The translations under genes were made by a program, and so were the position numbers. Under the pieces are notes generated by a model. It searched no databases. It was not told where the DNA came from and saw only the letters and a list, made by a program, of their open reading frames with translations. From Candidatus Falkowbacteria bacterium (GTDB taxonomy: Bacteria > Patescibacteriota > Patescibacteriia > CAIXNZ01): a DNA stretch of 64,000 nt. The stretch spans positions 3,522 through 67,521 of the forward strand of contig CAVZGV010000004.1 in the NCBI GenBank assembly GCA_963774955.1, given 5' to 3'. Positions 39,296 through 49,048 of this stretch are shown here, in pieces (within the stretch, counting starts at the first letter, position 1; every line of letters starts with the position of its first letter).

Positions 39296-40219
39296 ATGGA
39301 GACAAAATCTTTGAAAGAAGAAAAGGAGAAGAAAATGAACAAGTATGAACCGGAAACGTTTAAAGACCGGCAATGTTGGGGAGCAGTCGAAGAAGCTCTC
39401 TTTGCCCAAAAAAAACAGCCGAGCGAACTTGGCTGTAATGTCTTAAAACTGCTGGCCTTAAATCCGGCAGATGCCCGCGGCTCTCGTTTTGAACTGACGG
39501 AAGAAACGCTTATACGACTCAAAATTGAATTTTTGCGTTCCGGCAGAGACGTAACAGAAATTGCCAATGCCATTCTGGCAGTTTCAATCTTTGACCCCTT
39601 GTCCTGCATCAGGTGGCTGAAATGCCTGGCCCAGGGCATTGATATCGGAGCCAAGGAAGAAGAAGAGGTGAAAGACGCGATTCTAAAAAGTACAGCACTC
39701 AGAAACTACGGTTCCGGAGACTTTTACCCCGGCTTTATCATGGGCATCTGGCAAGTTGCACAATGGCTTTATATTGACATAGAGCATCCGGGCACCGATT
39801 ATGAGAGGACCTGCAACAACAATAAGCAAAAGATCAGACCCTGTTTTAAAAAGTATTTTCCTGCGCTGGTCAGGGATACTATCTGTTGCGAACATGGGGT
39901 TGCAGAATGGGCCAATCGAATTTTTTGCCAAGGGCAATACGACAGCTCGCTAAGCGCAACCGGACAAAAATTTGAGGGGCAAATCAGCAGCCTGCTCAGA
40001 GGCTTTGTCAAAGACGATAAAGAAGGAGAACTGACAAGGCAAAGGCTAATTGAAGCCTGCATCCTGGCTCTGCCTGATGATCCTGAAAACAAAAACATAA
40101 TCTACTGGCCGGGAGAAATTCTGCTTAACCAATTGCTTTACACGGCTTTTAAAGGCTTGGGCCTAAATAACAGGCATCTGGCATTACATTCCTTCCTTTC
40201 AAAACAGATGGCAGAGTGA
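39296..40219 (+). CDS. Hypothetical protein
   Basis: 307-aa ORF, RBS-like sequence upstream. Confidence 0.45.
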   Translation: METKSLKEEKEKKMNKYEPETFKDRQCWGAVEEALFAQKKQPSELGCNVLKLLALNPADARGSRFELTEETLIRLKIEFLRSGRDVTEIANAILAVSIFDPLSCIRWLKCLAQGIDIGAKEEEEVKDAILKSTALRNYGSGDFYPGFIMGIWQVAQWLYIDIEHPGTDYERTCNNNKQKIRPCFKKYFPALVRDTICCEHGVAEWANRIFCQGQYDSSLSATGQKFEGQISSLLRGFVKDDKEGELTRQRLIEACILALPDDPENKNIIYWPGEILLNQLLYTAFKGLGLNNRHLALHSFLSKQMAE

Positions 40220-40237
40220 TAATCTGTCACCTTCCAG

Positions 40238-40266
40238 AGGCGGTCACCTGACCGCCTCTTTTTTAT
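40238..40266 (+). terminator. Rho-independent terminator (copy 2, identical to 39205..39233)
   Basis: gaggcggtcacctgaccgcctcttttttatttgac. Confidence 0.8.
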
Positions 40267-40324
40267 TTGACTTATAACTGCATTTAAGTTAACTTAAAAT
40301 CATCTTTTTATTAAGGAGGATAAA

Positions 40325-40531
40325 ATGCCCTGGTATCTGGAATATGATTTTCAACCGTTTGGCATTGGCGCGGTTCAAAGATCAGTGACAGAGCTGGACT
40401 GTCCTGATGATATTGGCGCCAGAGAAAAAGCCGTCAAAAAAGCGCATGAAACTATAGCCAGCTTAAAGCTAAAAAATCCCCAGTTGGTCTGGAAGGAAAA
40501 AGTTTTTAAAACCAAAAGACGCCCCGCGTAG
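40325..40531 (+). CDS. Hypothetical small protein
   Basis: RBS aaggagga upstream. 68 aa. Confidence 0.35.
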   Translation: MPWYLEYDFQPFGIGAVQRSVTELDCPDDIGAREKAVKKAHETIASLKLKNPQLVWKEKVFKTKRRPA

Positions 40532-40554
40532 CAGGGCGCCTTTTTATATTTTAT

Positions 40555-42789
40555 TTATCTGTCGTCTCTGCGCTTAAAAAATCTTTTTCTGTCACCACCG
40601 CCAAAGTCGCGTCGTCCGCGACTGCTGTCGTCACTGTCAGAACTGCTGGAACTGCCAGGAATAAAGGTTTTACCGCCTTCAACAAGTGTCAAATTAATTC
40701 TACCCTGACTGTCTATTTCATTAACTTTTACTGTTACTTCCATGCCTTCATCTACAATATCAGTTACTTTATTAACTCGACCAGGAGCCAACTTGGAAAT
40801 ATGAACCATGCCGTCTTTACCCGGTAAAATTTCCACAAAGGCGCCAAAGTCCATGATACGGACAACTTTGCCCTTGTAAATTTCACCCGGTTCCGGCACT
40901 TTAACAATATTTTTAATAGTAGCCACAGCTTTAGCTGACATTTCAGCGTTATTAGAAGTAACCATAACCAAACCGGTATCATCAATATCAATGGAAACTC
41001 CGGTTTCGGCAATAATTTTATTAATAATTTTACCGCCGGGTCCAATGACGTCTTTAATTTTTGCCGTATCAATAGTAAAGGAGGTAATCCGAGGAGCATA
41101 AGGTGACATTTCTTTTGGCTCAGAAATGACCTTAGACATTTCAGCTAAAATTTGATCTAAAGCTTCACGACCCTGAGTCAAGGTTTCTTCCACCATTTTA
41201 ATGGTCAAACCGTCAGTCTTAGTATCCATCTGAATTGCAGTCAGACCAGTTTTAGTGCCGGTAATTTTGAAATCCATACCGCCGGGTCCGTCTTCCAGGT
41301 CCTGCAAATCAGTTATAATTTTATATTTGCCCTTGCCGTCAGTGGCTAAACCCATAGCAATACCCACGACCGGAGTTTTTAAAGGCACACCGGCATCAAG
41401 CAAGGCCAAAGTGGAACCGCAGGTTGAAGCCATAGAGCTGGAACCATTTGAACCTAAAGTTTCAGAAACTACTCTAATAGTATAAGGGAAGTCTTCCTTT
41501 GACGGTAAGACAGGCTCCAAGGCTTTTTCAGCCAAAGCCCCATGACCGATATCACGACGTCCAACGCCTCTTAACATTTTAACTTCACCAACAGAAAACG
41601 GCGCAAAGGTGTAATGATGCATATATCTTTTTTCACCCACTTCTTCCATGCTGTCCAGAGTCTGGGCATCACCAGGACCGCCTAATGTAACTACGGATAA
41701 AACCTGAGTCTCACCGCGCTGAAATAAACCGCTGCCGTGCAGTCGTTTAAACAACCCGACTTCAAATGAAAGCGGCCTGATCTGATTTAATTTACGACCG
41801 TCAACTCTGGATTCACGTTCCAAAATCGCGGCAGAAACTTTCTGATCAATTATTTTATAAGTTTTGTCTAAAGCATAATGAACCAAATCCTCATCAAAGC
41901 CCTTTTCTAAAAGGTCTTTATGCAATTCAACCATTAATTCATGCATGCCGTGTTTACGCAAAGCCTTAGTCGGTTTAACCTCATTTAATAGATAGGGGTT
42001 TACTTTCTCTGCAATAAATTCATCGGCAACTTTAATAATCTCTATTTTTTTAGCCAGCACTTCTTCAGTGTCCTGAGGCACTAATTCAGTCATGGTTGCT
42101 TTAGTCTTACCGACTTTTTTTACTGCCTCATTAATTAAATCCACAATTTCACCCAAAGCTTTCTGACCAAATTTAAAGGCTTCTAAGACACTCTGTTCTG
42201 GAACTTCTTTGCCCTCAGCCTCAATCATGACAAATTTTTCCTTGGTTCCGGCTAATGTCAATTCCAAATCACCTTCATTTAATTCTGCAACCGTCGGATT
42301 CAAAATAAATTTGCCGTCTTTCAAACCGACATTAAGTCCGGCAATCGGGCCATTCCAGGGAATATTGGAAATAGCCAAGGCAGCAGAGGCGGCAATTAAA
42401 GCCACAATCTTTGAAGGATTTTCACCATCAGCTGATAAAACAGTTAAAATAACCTGAACTTCATTTCTGATTTCTTCAGAAAATAAAGGCCTGATCGCTC
42501 GATCAATCATGCGACCGTTTAAAACCGCTTCATCACCGGGTCTGGTATCACGCTTGATAAAGCGAGAACCTTTAATTCTGCCGACAGCATAAAGCCTTTC
42601 TTCAAATTCCACGGTTAAAGGGAAAAAATCAATGCCCTTTCTGGTTTCCGGCGAAATAACTGCAGTAGCCAAAACAACAGTATCTCCATAAGATACTGTG
42701 ACGCTGCCATGGGCCTGAGTGGCTAATTTCCCGGTCTCAATTGTGAGTTTTCGGCCAGCGATTTCTTTCTCAAACTTAAAACTTTCCAT
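40555..42789 (-). CDS. pnp: Polyribonucleotide nucleotidyltransferase (PNPase) with C-terminal RGG/SS-rich tail
   Basis: Two RNase PH domains (GSSSMASTCGSTLALLDAGVPL), KH and S1 domains. Located downstream of rpsO. Confidence 0.95.
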   Translation of the reverse strand: MESFKFEKEIAGRKLTIETGKLATQAHGSVTVSYGDTVVLATAVISPETRKGIDFFPLTVEFEERLYAVGRIKGSRFIKRDTRPGDEAVLNGRMIDRAIRPLFSEEIRNEVQVILTVLSADGENPSKIVALIAASAALAISNIPWNGPIAGLNVGLKDGKFILNPTVAELNEGDLELTLAGTKEKFVMIEAEGKEVPEQSVLEAFKFGQKALGEIVDLINEAVKKVGKTKATMTELVPQDTEEVLAKKIEIIKVADEFIAEKVNPYLLNEVKPTKALRKHGMHELMVELHKDLLEKGFDEDLVHYALDKTYKIIDQKVSAAILERESRVDGRKLNQIRPLSFEVGLFKRLHGSGLFQRGETQVLSVVTLGGPGDAQTLDSMEEVGEKRYMHHYTFAPFSVGEVKMLRGVGRRDIGHGALAEKALEPVLPSKEDFPYTIRVVSETLGSNGSSSMASTCGSTLALLDAGVPLKTPVVGIAMGLATDGKGKYKIITDLQDLEDGPGGMDFKITGTKTGLTAIQMDTKTDGLTIKMVEETLTQGREALDQILAEMSKVISEPKEMSPYAPRITSFTIDTAKIKDVIGPGGKIINKIIAETGVSIDIDDTGLVMVTSNNAEMSAKAVATIKNIVKVPEPGEIYKGKVVRIMDFGAFVEILPGKDGMVHISKLAPGRVNKVTDIVDEGMEVTVKVNEIDSQGRINLTLVEGGKTFIPGSSSSSDSDDSSRGRRDFGGGDRKRFFKRRDDR

Positions 42790-43008
42790 AAAAAGTTTTC
42801 CTTTCTTGTCCTCCGAAGCCCCGAAGGGGACGTAGGAGGGCTGCTGACCAACAAACTCCTGGACTTGTTATAAAACAAGCATCAGTATGTTTGCCGATCA
42901 ACCTTATTAAATTAATAACCAAATATCAAGCCTCAAATAGCAAATTCTAAATATCCAAAATTTGTGATTTGAAATTTGAATATTAAAATTTATTTGGTGC
43001 TTTTCAAT

Positions 43009-43530
43009 CTATCTTCTTATTTTCCTCTGCCCCTTAAGCAAATACTTAGCCGGCTCCGCACCCAAATCAATATAGTCATCTACTTCTTCCAGCATTTTGG
43101 ATGAAGTTGAGCGTTCAAAAGAAATCAATTCAACTAGACAGCCTTTATTTTCCTGTAAGTAATGGATCAGGGGAATAAAATCGCCGTCGCCGGTAACTAA
43201 AACAACCACATCTAATTTATCGGCCAGTTTAATGGCATCAACTGCCATGCCCACATCCCAGTCGGCTTTTTTGGCGCCGCCGTGAAAAATCTGCAGATCT
43301 TTAACTTTGACTTCAAAACCCTGTTTGCCCAGAATTTCCAAAAATTTCTTTTCCTCGCCAGCCGGTGAAACAATACCATAAGCCACGGCACGGATCAATT
43401 TGCGTCCGGAAATTGCAGTTTTTAATATTTCCTGAAAATTAACATTGGCGCTATATAAATGTTTAGCGGAATGATACATGTTTTGGACGTCTACGAAGAC
43501 GCCGACTCTTTGATCTTTGTGTTTAATCAT
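43009..43530 (-). CDS. NYN-domain (LabA/YacP-like) protein
   Basis: VGVFVDVQNMYHS ... LVTGDGDFIPL motifs of the NYN/PIN-like family. Confidence 0.75.
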   Translation of the reverse strand: MIKHKDQRVGVFVDVQNMYHSAKHLYSANVNFQEILKTAISGRKLIRAVAYGIVSPAGEEKKFLEILGKQGFEVKVKDLQIFHGGAKKADWDVGMAVDAIKLADKLDVVVLVTGDGDFIPLIHYLQENKGCLVELISFERSTSSKMLEEVDDYIDLGAEPAKYLLKGQRKIRR

Positions 43531-43621
43531 AGTAGTGACTAATTATCACGAATTTTCACAAATTAGTCTAAAATTCGTGTTAATCCGTAAAATCAAAACC
43601 CCGCTTAACACGGGGAATTAA

Positions 43622-43918
43622 TTATTCTTTATTGGCTTCTCTTTGAGCTGCAATTTTTAATTTTAATTCCTTAGCAATCTTGAGCAGGCTTTCCGCATTT
43701 TCACGCTTTAAATAATCCATTAGTTTTTTTCTTTCCTGAACCTTCTTAATCAGACCTAAACGGCTGGAAAAATCGTGCTTATGTTCCTTCATGTGACCGG
43801 TTAATTGCTTGATTTCTTCAGTCAAAATAGCAATCTGCACTTCGGCAGAACCAGTGTCAGTGTCATGGACTCGGTATTTTTTGATAATCCGATCCTTTTG
43901 TTCTTTACTTAGTGGCAT
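43622..43918 (-). CDS. rpsO: 30S ribosomal protein S15
   Basis: HKHDFSSRLGLIKKVQERKKLMDYLK matches the conserved S15 core. Confidence 0.9.
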   Translation of the reverse strand: MPLSKEQKDRIIKKYRVHDTDTGSAEVQIAILTEEIKQLTGHMKEHKHDFSSRLGLIKKVQERKKLMDYLKRENAESLLKIAKELKLKIAAQREANKE

Positions 43919-44177
43919 AGTTTTTTCTTTCTTTAGCGCTTATCCGAGCTAACTCTTGCCGAGGGTTAGCCAAGTATAACGCCTTACTTTATTAGATTTA
44001 AGATATACGATTTAAGATTTAAGAATGTTTAGATCTTAAATCTTATACCCTATATCTTATTGAAAATCTTACCATTTTATTTAATAAACGTCAAGGCCAA
44101 GTTGACAAATCTCTTTTTTGGGCCTAAACTAATATAACGTTCTTTAAAACTATTTCCAAACTGCCAAGGGGGGGAAA

Positions 44178-45032
44178 ATGGAAATTTATGATAATGGCAT
44201 TATTCAGTCAGCGCTTTTAGCTGACCAGGGTGTAATTCACGGTATTTCAACCAAAGCCCTGGGCAATATGTCCTTTCTCCGTTCCCAGCACGGACGGGCA
44301 CCTAATAATTTCCAAAAATTGCTGCTGCAGCTTGGCATTAAGGCTGAAAAATCCGTTATCTGCATGTTGCCCACCAAAAATACAGCTGTTATGGCCAGAG
44401 TCAAAAAAGCCAAAGACCGTGGCCGAATTATGCTAACCCCTGACAGAGAAAAGACCGGCCAGGAAATAACCCAATGGAGCTGCGGTGATCTGTCCTTCAG
44501 ACATCTTTTACCGGACTATGATGAAGGTACTGATGCTGCTGTCAGTAAATCACCAGGTTTGTATCTGGGGATGTACCCGGCAGACTGCGCGCCTGTTTTT
44601 CTTTACGATCCGCAGACCCACTATTTTGGTCTTGTTCATGCCGGTATTATCGGCGCCTTGACTGACATTGTGCCAGCTACGATTAGATACCTTCAGGCTC
44701 ATTGCCGGATTAATCCTGCGACTTTGCTGGCCTATATCGGCCCCAGTATCTGCTCCAAATGCTATCAGCCGGATAAGTCGCGCCACTGGCAGCACTTTAA
44801 AGACAGACTTAACTTACTTCAAAACTGCTTTGATCTGAAAGATTATATCTTTAACCAACTCTTAGTTTCCGGACTACAGACGGCCAACATAGAAATCAGC
44901 CAGTATTGCACAGCTTGTTCCTCGGATTTATTTTATTCCAATCACCGGGCAATTGATATTGCCAAGGAAGGACGTCAGCTTGCCATAATTGGCATTAAAA
45001 CAAGGGGTGGTCATGGCGTTAACAAAGTATAA
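44178..45032 (+). CDS. pgeF: YfiH/PgeF-family (DUF152, laccase-domain) purine-nucleoside/peptidoglycan-editing enzyme
   Basis: HGISTKALGNMS, YPADCAPVFLYD, HAGIIG motifs. Confidence 0.75.
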   Translation: MEIYDNGIIQSALLADQGVIHGISTKALGNMSFLRSQHGRAPNNFQKLLLQLGIKAEKSVICMLPTKNTAVMARVKKAKDRGRIMLTPDREKTGQEITQWSCGDLSFRHLLPDYDEGTDAAVSKSPGLYLGMYPADCAPVFLYDPQTHYFGLVHAGIIGALTDIVPATIRYLQAHCRINPATLLAYIGPSICSKCYQPDKSRHWQHFKDRLNLLQNCFDLKDYIFNQLLVSGLQTANIEISQYCTACSSDLFYSNHRAIDIAKEGRQLAIIGIKTRGGHGVNKV

Positions 45033-45222
45033 GTGCAAAGGTTGCAACGGAATCACGGATTGCCATATGGTCTGTGAACTAGATCAAAGGCCGAAGACGA
45101 TCACACTTCATTGCCCTAACTGCGGCCCGCGCAAGCATGAACTGCAAAATGAATCCGGCCAGACAGAACAGCTTCAACAAACAATTCCTGGCGGACAAAA
45201 ATCCAATGTAGTCGCAGTCTAA
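45013..45222 (+). CDS. Small zinc-ribbon protein (CKGC...CPNC)
   Basis: Overlaps the 3' end of pgeF. Two CxxC pairs. Confidence 0.35.
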   Translation: MALTKYKCKGCNGITDCHMVCELDQRPKTITLHCPNCGPRKHELQNESGQTEQLQQTIPGGQKSNVVAV

Positions 45223-45442
45223 AAGCGACCCAACACTCGGGAGAGGACCAACACTCTCCCTTTTTATTTACAAAAAAGTTAAAGTGTCGTAAAATATGGA
45301 CATAAGAGGAGCTAAAGGTAGAATATGAAATATAAGATAATAGGATTAAAGGACTTAAAATTCCTTCTATCATCTATTCCTTTAATCATTTACTCATCTA
45401 ATCCTCTTCTTCCTATTCTTCCTCTCAATCCTATTAAAAAAC

Positions 45443-46393
45443 ATGCCTATCAATAATACACAATTAACCAATCTCATCCGCCAATTCCTCGAATACCTCG
45501 AGATCGAAAAAGGCCGTTTACCCAACACTATTCAGAATTACAGTTTTTATCTGAACCGCTTTTTGAAATGGTCAAATTATACTGAACCAAACCAAATTAC
45601 CCAGGATGGTGTGCGTAATTACCGTTTATGGTTAAACCGCCAAACAGATACTAATGGTTCTCCCCTGAAAAAAAATACCCAAAATTATCATCTGATCGCT
45701 TTACGCGCCTTTTTAAAATATTTAGCCAAGCAGGATATCAAAACCATGGCGCCAGAGAAAATTGAACTGGCTAAAATGCCTGACCGCCAGATTGAATTTA
45801 TGGAAGGGTCTGATTTAGAGAACTTTTTGGAAGCGCCGTTTAAGATTGATCAGCCGGAGATAGTGCAGTTGAGAGATAAAGCGATTTTGGAGATTTTATT
45901 TTCGACCGGGCTTCGTGTTTCTGAATTAGCCGGCTTAAAAAAGGAAACGATTAATTTTAACAAAGATGAATTTACGGTGCGCGGCAAAGGTTCCAAACTA
46001 AGGGTTGTCTTTTTATCCAACCAGGCTAAGCACTGGCTTAAAAAATATCTGGAAAGCCGTAAAGACATGTCAGCCTATTTATTCACCAATCATGACAAAG
46101 CCGGAACAAAAAGAAATAAAACCAAGGAAGATAAAGGTCTGACTCCGCGCTCAATTCAAAGAACAGTCCACCGCTGCGCCAAGATCGCCGGCATTACTAA
46201 GAAAATTACACCTCATGTTTTACGTCATTCTTATGCCACTGACCTGCTCCAAAACGGCGCTGATATCCGTTCAGTCCAAACTTTACTGGGACATTCAAGC
46301 ATTACTACTACCCAAATTTACACCCATATCACCGATAAGCAATTACGGGAAGTATACAAGAATTTCCACGGCCGGAAGAGAAATAATCCTTGA
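45443..46393 (+). CDS. Tyrosine recombinase, XerC/XerD family
   Basis: N-terminal SAM-like domain. C-terminal R...HxxR...Y motifs (HVLRHSYATDLLQNGADIRSVQTLLGHSSITTTQIYTH). Confidence 0.9.
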   Translation: MPINNTQLTNLIRQFLEYLEIEKGRLPNTIQNYSFYLNRFLKWSNYTEPNQITQDGVRNYRLWLNRQTDTNGSPLKKNTQNYHLIALRAFLKYLAKQDIKTMAPEKIELAKMPDRQIEFMEGSDLENFLEAPFKIDQPEIVQLRDKAILEILFSTGLRVSELAGLKKETINFNKDEFTVRGKGSKLRVVFLSNQAKHWLKKYLESRKDMSAYLFTNHDKAGTKRNKTKEDKGLTPRSIQRTVHRCAKIAGITKKITPHVLRHSYATDLLQNGADIRSVQTLLGHSSITTTQIYTHITDKQLREVYKNFHGRKRNNP

Positions 46394-46522
46394 TAATACT
46401 TTTTAAATAATTTAAATTTAATCATAATTGTTCCTTACAAAGCTTAATTTTGGGAAATATAGGCAAAGTTTATAACCGGAAATATTTTTATATGAACAGC
46501 GCTCTGTACAAGGAGGAAAACC

Positions 46523-46888
46523 ATGAGCACTTGGGAACATTACGATCATGGAAACGAAGCCACTGTTATTCCTGAGCCTACTAGGGAAATGTTGCAACCA
46601 AGCCTTGATAGATTACCAACACCAAACATCGACCTGGAACAGGTTAACCCCACGAAACAATCCTGGCAACCGCCAAGGAAACGCAAAAAGATAAGGAATT
46701 TAAGTTGGCTTTCTGGGTTAGTGTCTTTTGCACTTTTCATCATCCTGTTTCAAACTACCGCTGCTTTTACAACCTGCGCAACAAGTCCTACGTTTTCAAG
46801 AATAACGTTTTCCTTAATCTTTTCTTTCGTTATCGGGCTAACTACTAATTTTTTTCTGGTACAATATTTCAGAAAAAAATTAACTTAA
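46523..46888 (+). CDS. Hypothetical membrane protein
   Basis: 121 aa with 2 TM segments. Confidence 0.4.
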   Translation: MSTWEHYDHGNEATVIPEPTREMLQPSLDRLPTPNIDLEQVNPTKQSWQPPRKRKKIRNLSWLSGLVSFALFIILFQTTAAFTTCATSPTFSRITFSLIFSFVIGLTTNFFLVQYFRKKLT

Positions 46889-47154
46889 CATTTTGCACGA
46901 CTTTTAGGCAGGCATCCCCTGCCTTTTATAATTGACAGTTTTAGAGTTTTCTGCTAAAATACAAATAAGCTCTGGGCTCGATTCATGAGCCTGGGGCTTT
47001 TTAATTAACACCAAAGCTATTAGTTAAAAGTTAATAGTTATTTGTTAATTAAGGACCCTGTCCAGATAAAAGCTTAGGTGTTAGCATATTCAACCTTTTA
47101 TATGCTTCGAACAAGTTAAAAAGGTTATAGTAATAAATACATAAGCTTATATCT

Positions 47155-47226
47155 GGACCCCGTAGTTTAATGGATAGAACACTAGCCTTCTAAGCTGGAT
47201 ATCGAGGTTCGATTCCTCGCGGGGTC
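47155..47226 (+). tRNA. tRNA-Arg (anticodon TCT)
   Basis: Acceptor GACCCCG/CGGGGTC, anticodon loop CTTCTAA, T-loop GGTTCGATTCC. No CCA encoded. Confidence 0.85.
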
Positions 47227-47329
47227 AAAAGTCAGTTTGGAATTGTGAGCAAGAGCAACAGTAGCCTAATCTTGCCAAATACTCTTGCTCTAGCTAACAA
47301 GAGAAACGGTATTATTAATTTGTAACAAA

Positions 47330-47677
47330 ATGTTTGACTTTGAAAATTTAGAGGTTTATAAAAAAACAAAACAATTCAATATTAAAATTTATGATTTTTT
47401 AAAGTTAAATGGGACAATCAGTAGTTATCTTTATGACCAATTAAGAAGAGCTGGACTTAGTATAAGCTTGAACATTGCTGAAGGGAGTGGCAGAATGTCA
47501 AAACGAGACAAACGAAATTTTTTCGTTATTGCTCGAGGCTCAACCTTTGAATGTGTTGCAATTTTAGAAATATTATTGGCAGAAAAACAAATTACTTTAG
47601 AAAATTATAATAAATTTTATAATCAGCTGGAAGAAATATCCAAAATGCTTTATGCTTTAAGCAAAAGCCTTGAATAG
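47330..47677 (+). CDS. Four-helix-bundle protein of the 23S-rRNA-intervening-sequence (IVS) protein family
   Basis: FENLEVYKK...YDFLK...QLRRAGLSISLNIAEGSGR.SKRDKRNFF.IARGSTFEC is the hallmark of this family. Confidence 0.8.
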   Translation: MFDFENLEVYKKTKQFNIKIYDFLKLNGTISSYLYDQLRRAGLSISLNIAEGSGRMSKRDKRNFFVIARGSTFECVAILEILLAEKQITLENYNKFYNQLEEISKMLYALSKSLE

Positions 47678-47701
47678 CTCTTGCTCTTGCACAAATCTCT
47701 T

Positions 47702-47773
47702 GCTGATTTCATGGCGGCTATAGTTCAATGGTAGAACACCAGTTTGTGGCACTGGTTACGAGGGTTCAATTCC
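47702..47773 (+). tRNA. tRNA-His (anticodon GTG) with the extra G-1
   Basis: G-1 plus acceptor GCGGCTA/TAGTCGC, anticodon loop TTGTGGC, T-loop GGGTTCAATTCCC. Confidence 0.85.
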
Positions 47774-47874
47774 CTCTAGTCGCCCCTGACAATTCGCTTT
47801 GGCGCGAAAAAAGTTAGTCGAGTTTTCGCCTAAGGCACAAAGTTTTGCAGTTTAATTTACTCACCAAAAAAACT

Positions 47875-48075
47875 ATGAACGGAAAAATAAAGAGACTGAC
47901 CGACAAAGGTTTTGGCTTTATCGGTTCAGAAGAAACCGGCGGCAAAGATGTTTTCTTTCATTCCTCTGCTTTAGTTGACATGACTTTCAGTGATCTGAGA
48001 GAAGGCGACGATGTTACCTTTGATATGGAAGATTCTGACAAAGGTCCTCGCGCTGTCAATGTAAAGAAAGCGTAA
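47875..48075 (+). CDS. Cold-shock protein (CspA family)
   Basis: GKIKRLTDKGFGFI ... DVFFHSSAL ... GPRAVNV cold-shock domain. Strong terminator follows. Confidence 0.9.
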   Translation: MNGKIKRLTDKGFGFIGSEETGGKDVFFHSSALVDMTFSDLREGDDVTFDMEDSDKGPRAVNVKKA

Positions 48076-48093
48076 GAAAGTTTAACAAAAAAA

Positions 48094-48123
48094 ATCTCCC
48101 CGCGAGGCGGGGAGATTTTTTTA
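48094..48123 (+). terminator. Rho-independent terminator
   Basis: atctccccgc-gag-gcggggagat followed by ttttttt. Confidence 0.85.
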
Positions 48124-48209
48124 TTGACTCGACAAACATATTATGATAAGGTAATTTATCTTCACGTTCTTTTTTTTCAAAACAGGTCAAGGTAATAGGA
48201 GGCAAAATC

Positions 48210-48920
48210 ATGACGGAAAAATTGCTTAAATTAGGATTTTCTCACGGTGTGCTTTTTCGGCTGATGGAAGTTTATTCGGCCCAAGCCATCCAAATTTACA
48301 AAGATTTAAGCTCAAGCGCCATTGAAATCTGCTGCAATAAGGCCGAGGATGTCGATAAGCTGGAGACATTGATTCCTTTAGTACAGGACTTCAAGCATCG
48401 ATCGATCCACCTGCCCTGCCATAACCGCTATGCGAATAACGCCCAAACCAGAGAACTGCTGGACAAGCTGGGCGACTTTTACTTTGCCGTCAAGGCGCGA
48501 TTGGCGCTGGTGCATCCTGATCTGGTGGATGACTGGGAAGTCTTCAAAGATTTTCCGCTCAATTGGGCCGTAGAAAACATGGACAACCGCAAAAATGTTT
48601 TCAAGGTTCCGGCTGATTTCATCAGTTTTTTTGACAGCCATCCTGACTGGCAATTTGTCCTGGATCTGAATCATGTTTTTTCCAATGATCCAACTATGCA
48701 GTTGGCCCGGGATTTTATTGCTGTACTGAAACACAGGATTGTGGAACTGCACCTCAGCGGTTACCAAGGTTATCACGAACCGCTTTTCCAGACGCAGCAG
48801 ACTGAAATCCTGAAACACTGCCAGGGCTTTGATGTCCCTATAATCATTGAAAGCGCTTTTGACCGGGTTACTGATACAGGACTTGAATATCAGTATATCC
48901 TGAACAATGGCCTCTTCTAA
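48210..48920 (+). CDS. Hypothetical protein (possible TIM-barrel), distantly similar to 21490..22182
   Basis: 236-aa ORF, RBS aggagg upstream. Confidence 0.4.
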   Translation: MTEKLLKLGFSHGVLFRLMEVYSAQAIQIYKDLSSSAIEICCNKAEDVDKLETLIPLVQDFKHRSIHLPCHNRYANNAQTRELLDKLGDFYFAVKARLALVHPDLVDDWEVFKDFPLNWAVENMDNRKNVFKVPADFISFFDSHPDWQFVLDLNHVFSNDPTMQLARDFIAVLKHRIVELHLSGYQGYHEPLFQTQQTEILKHCQGFDVPIIIESAFDRVTDTGLEYQYILNNGLF

Positions 48921-49048
48921 AATTAAAAAAGGGACGGTATCACAACCGTCCTTTTATAATTGACTTATTTGACTTGGCGTGATAAAAATTAAACAAAGAC
49001 TCGGTACTTTTACATTAATTTTATTGAGAACAAAAGGAGGATTTAGTC

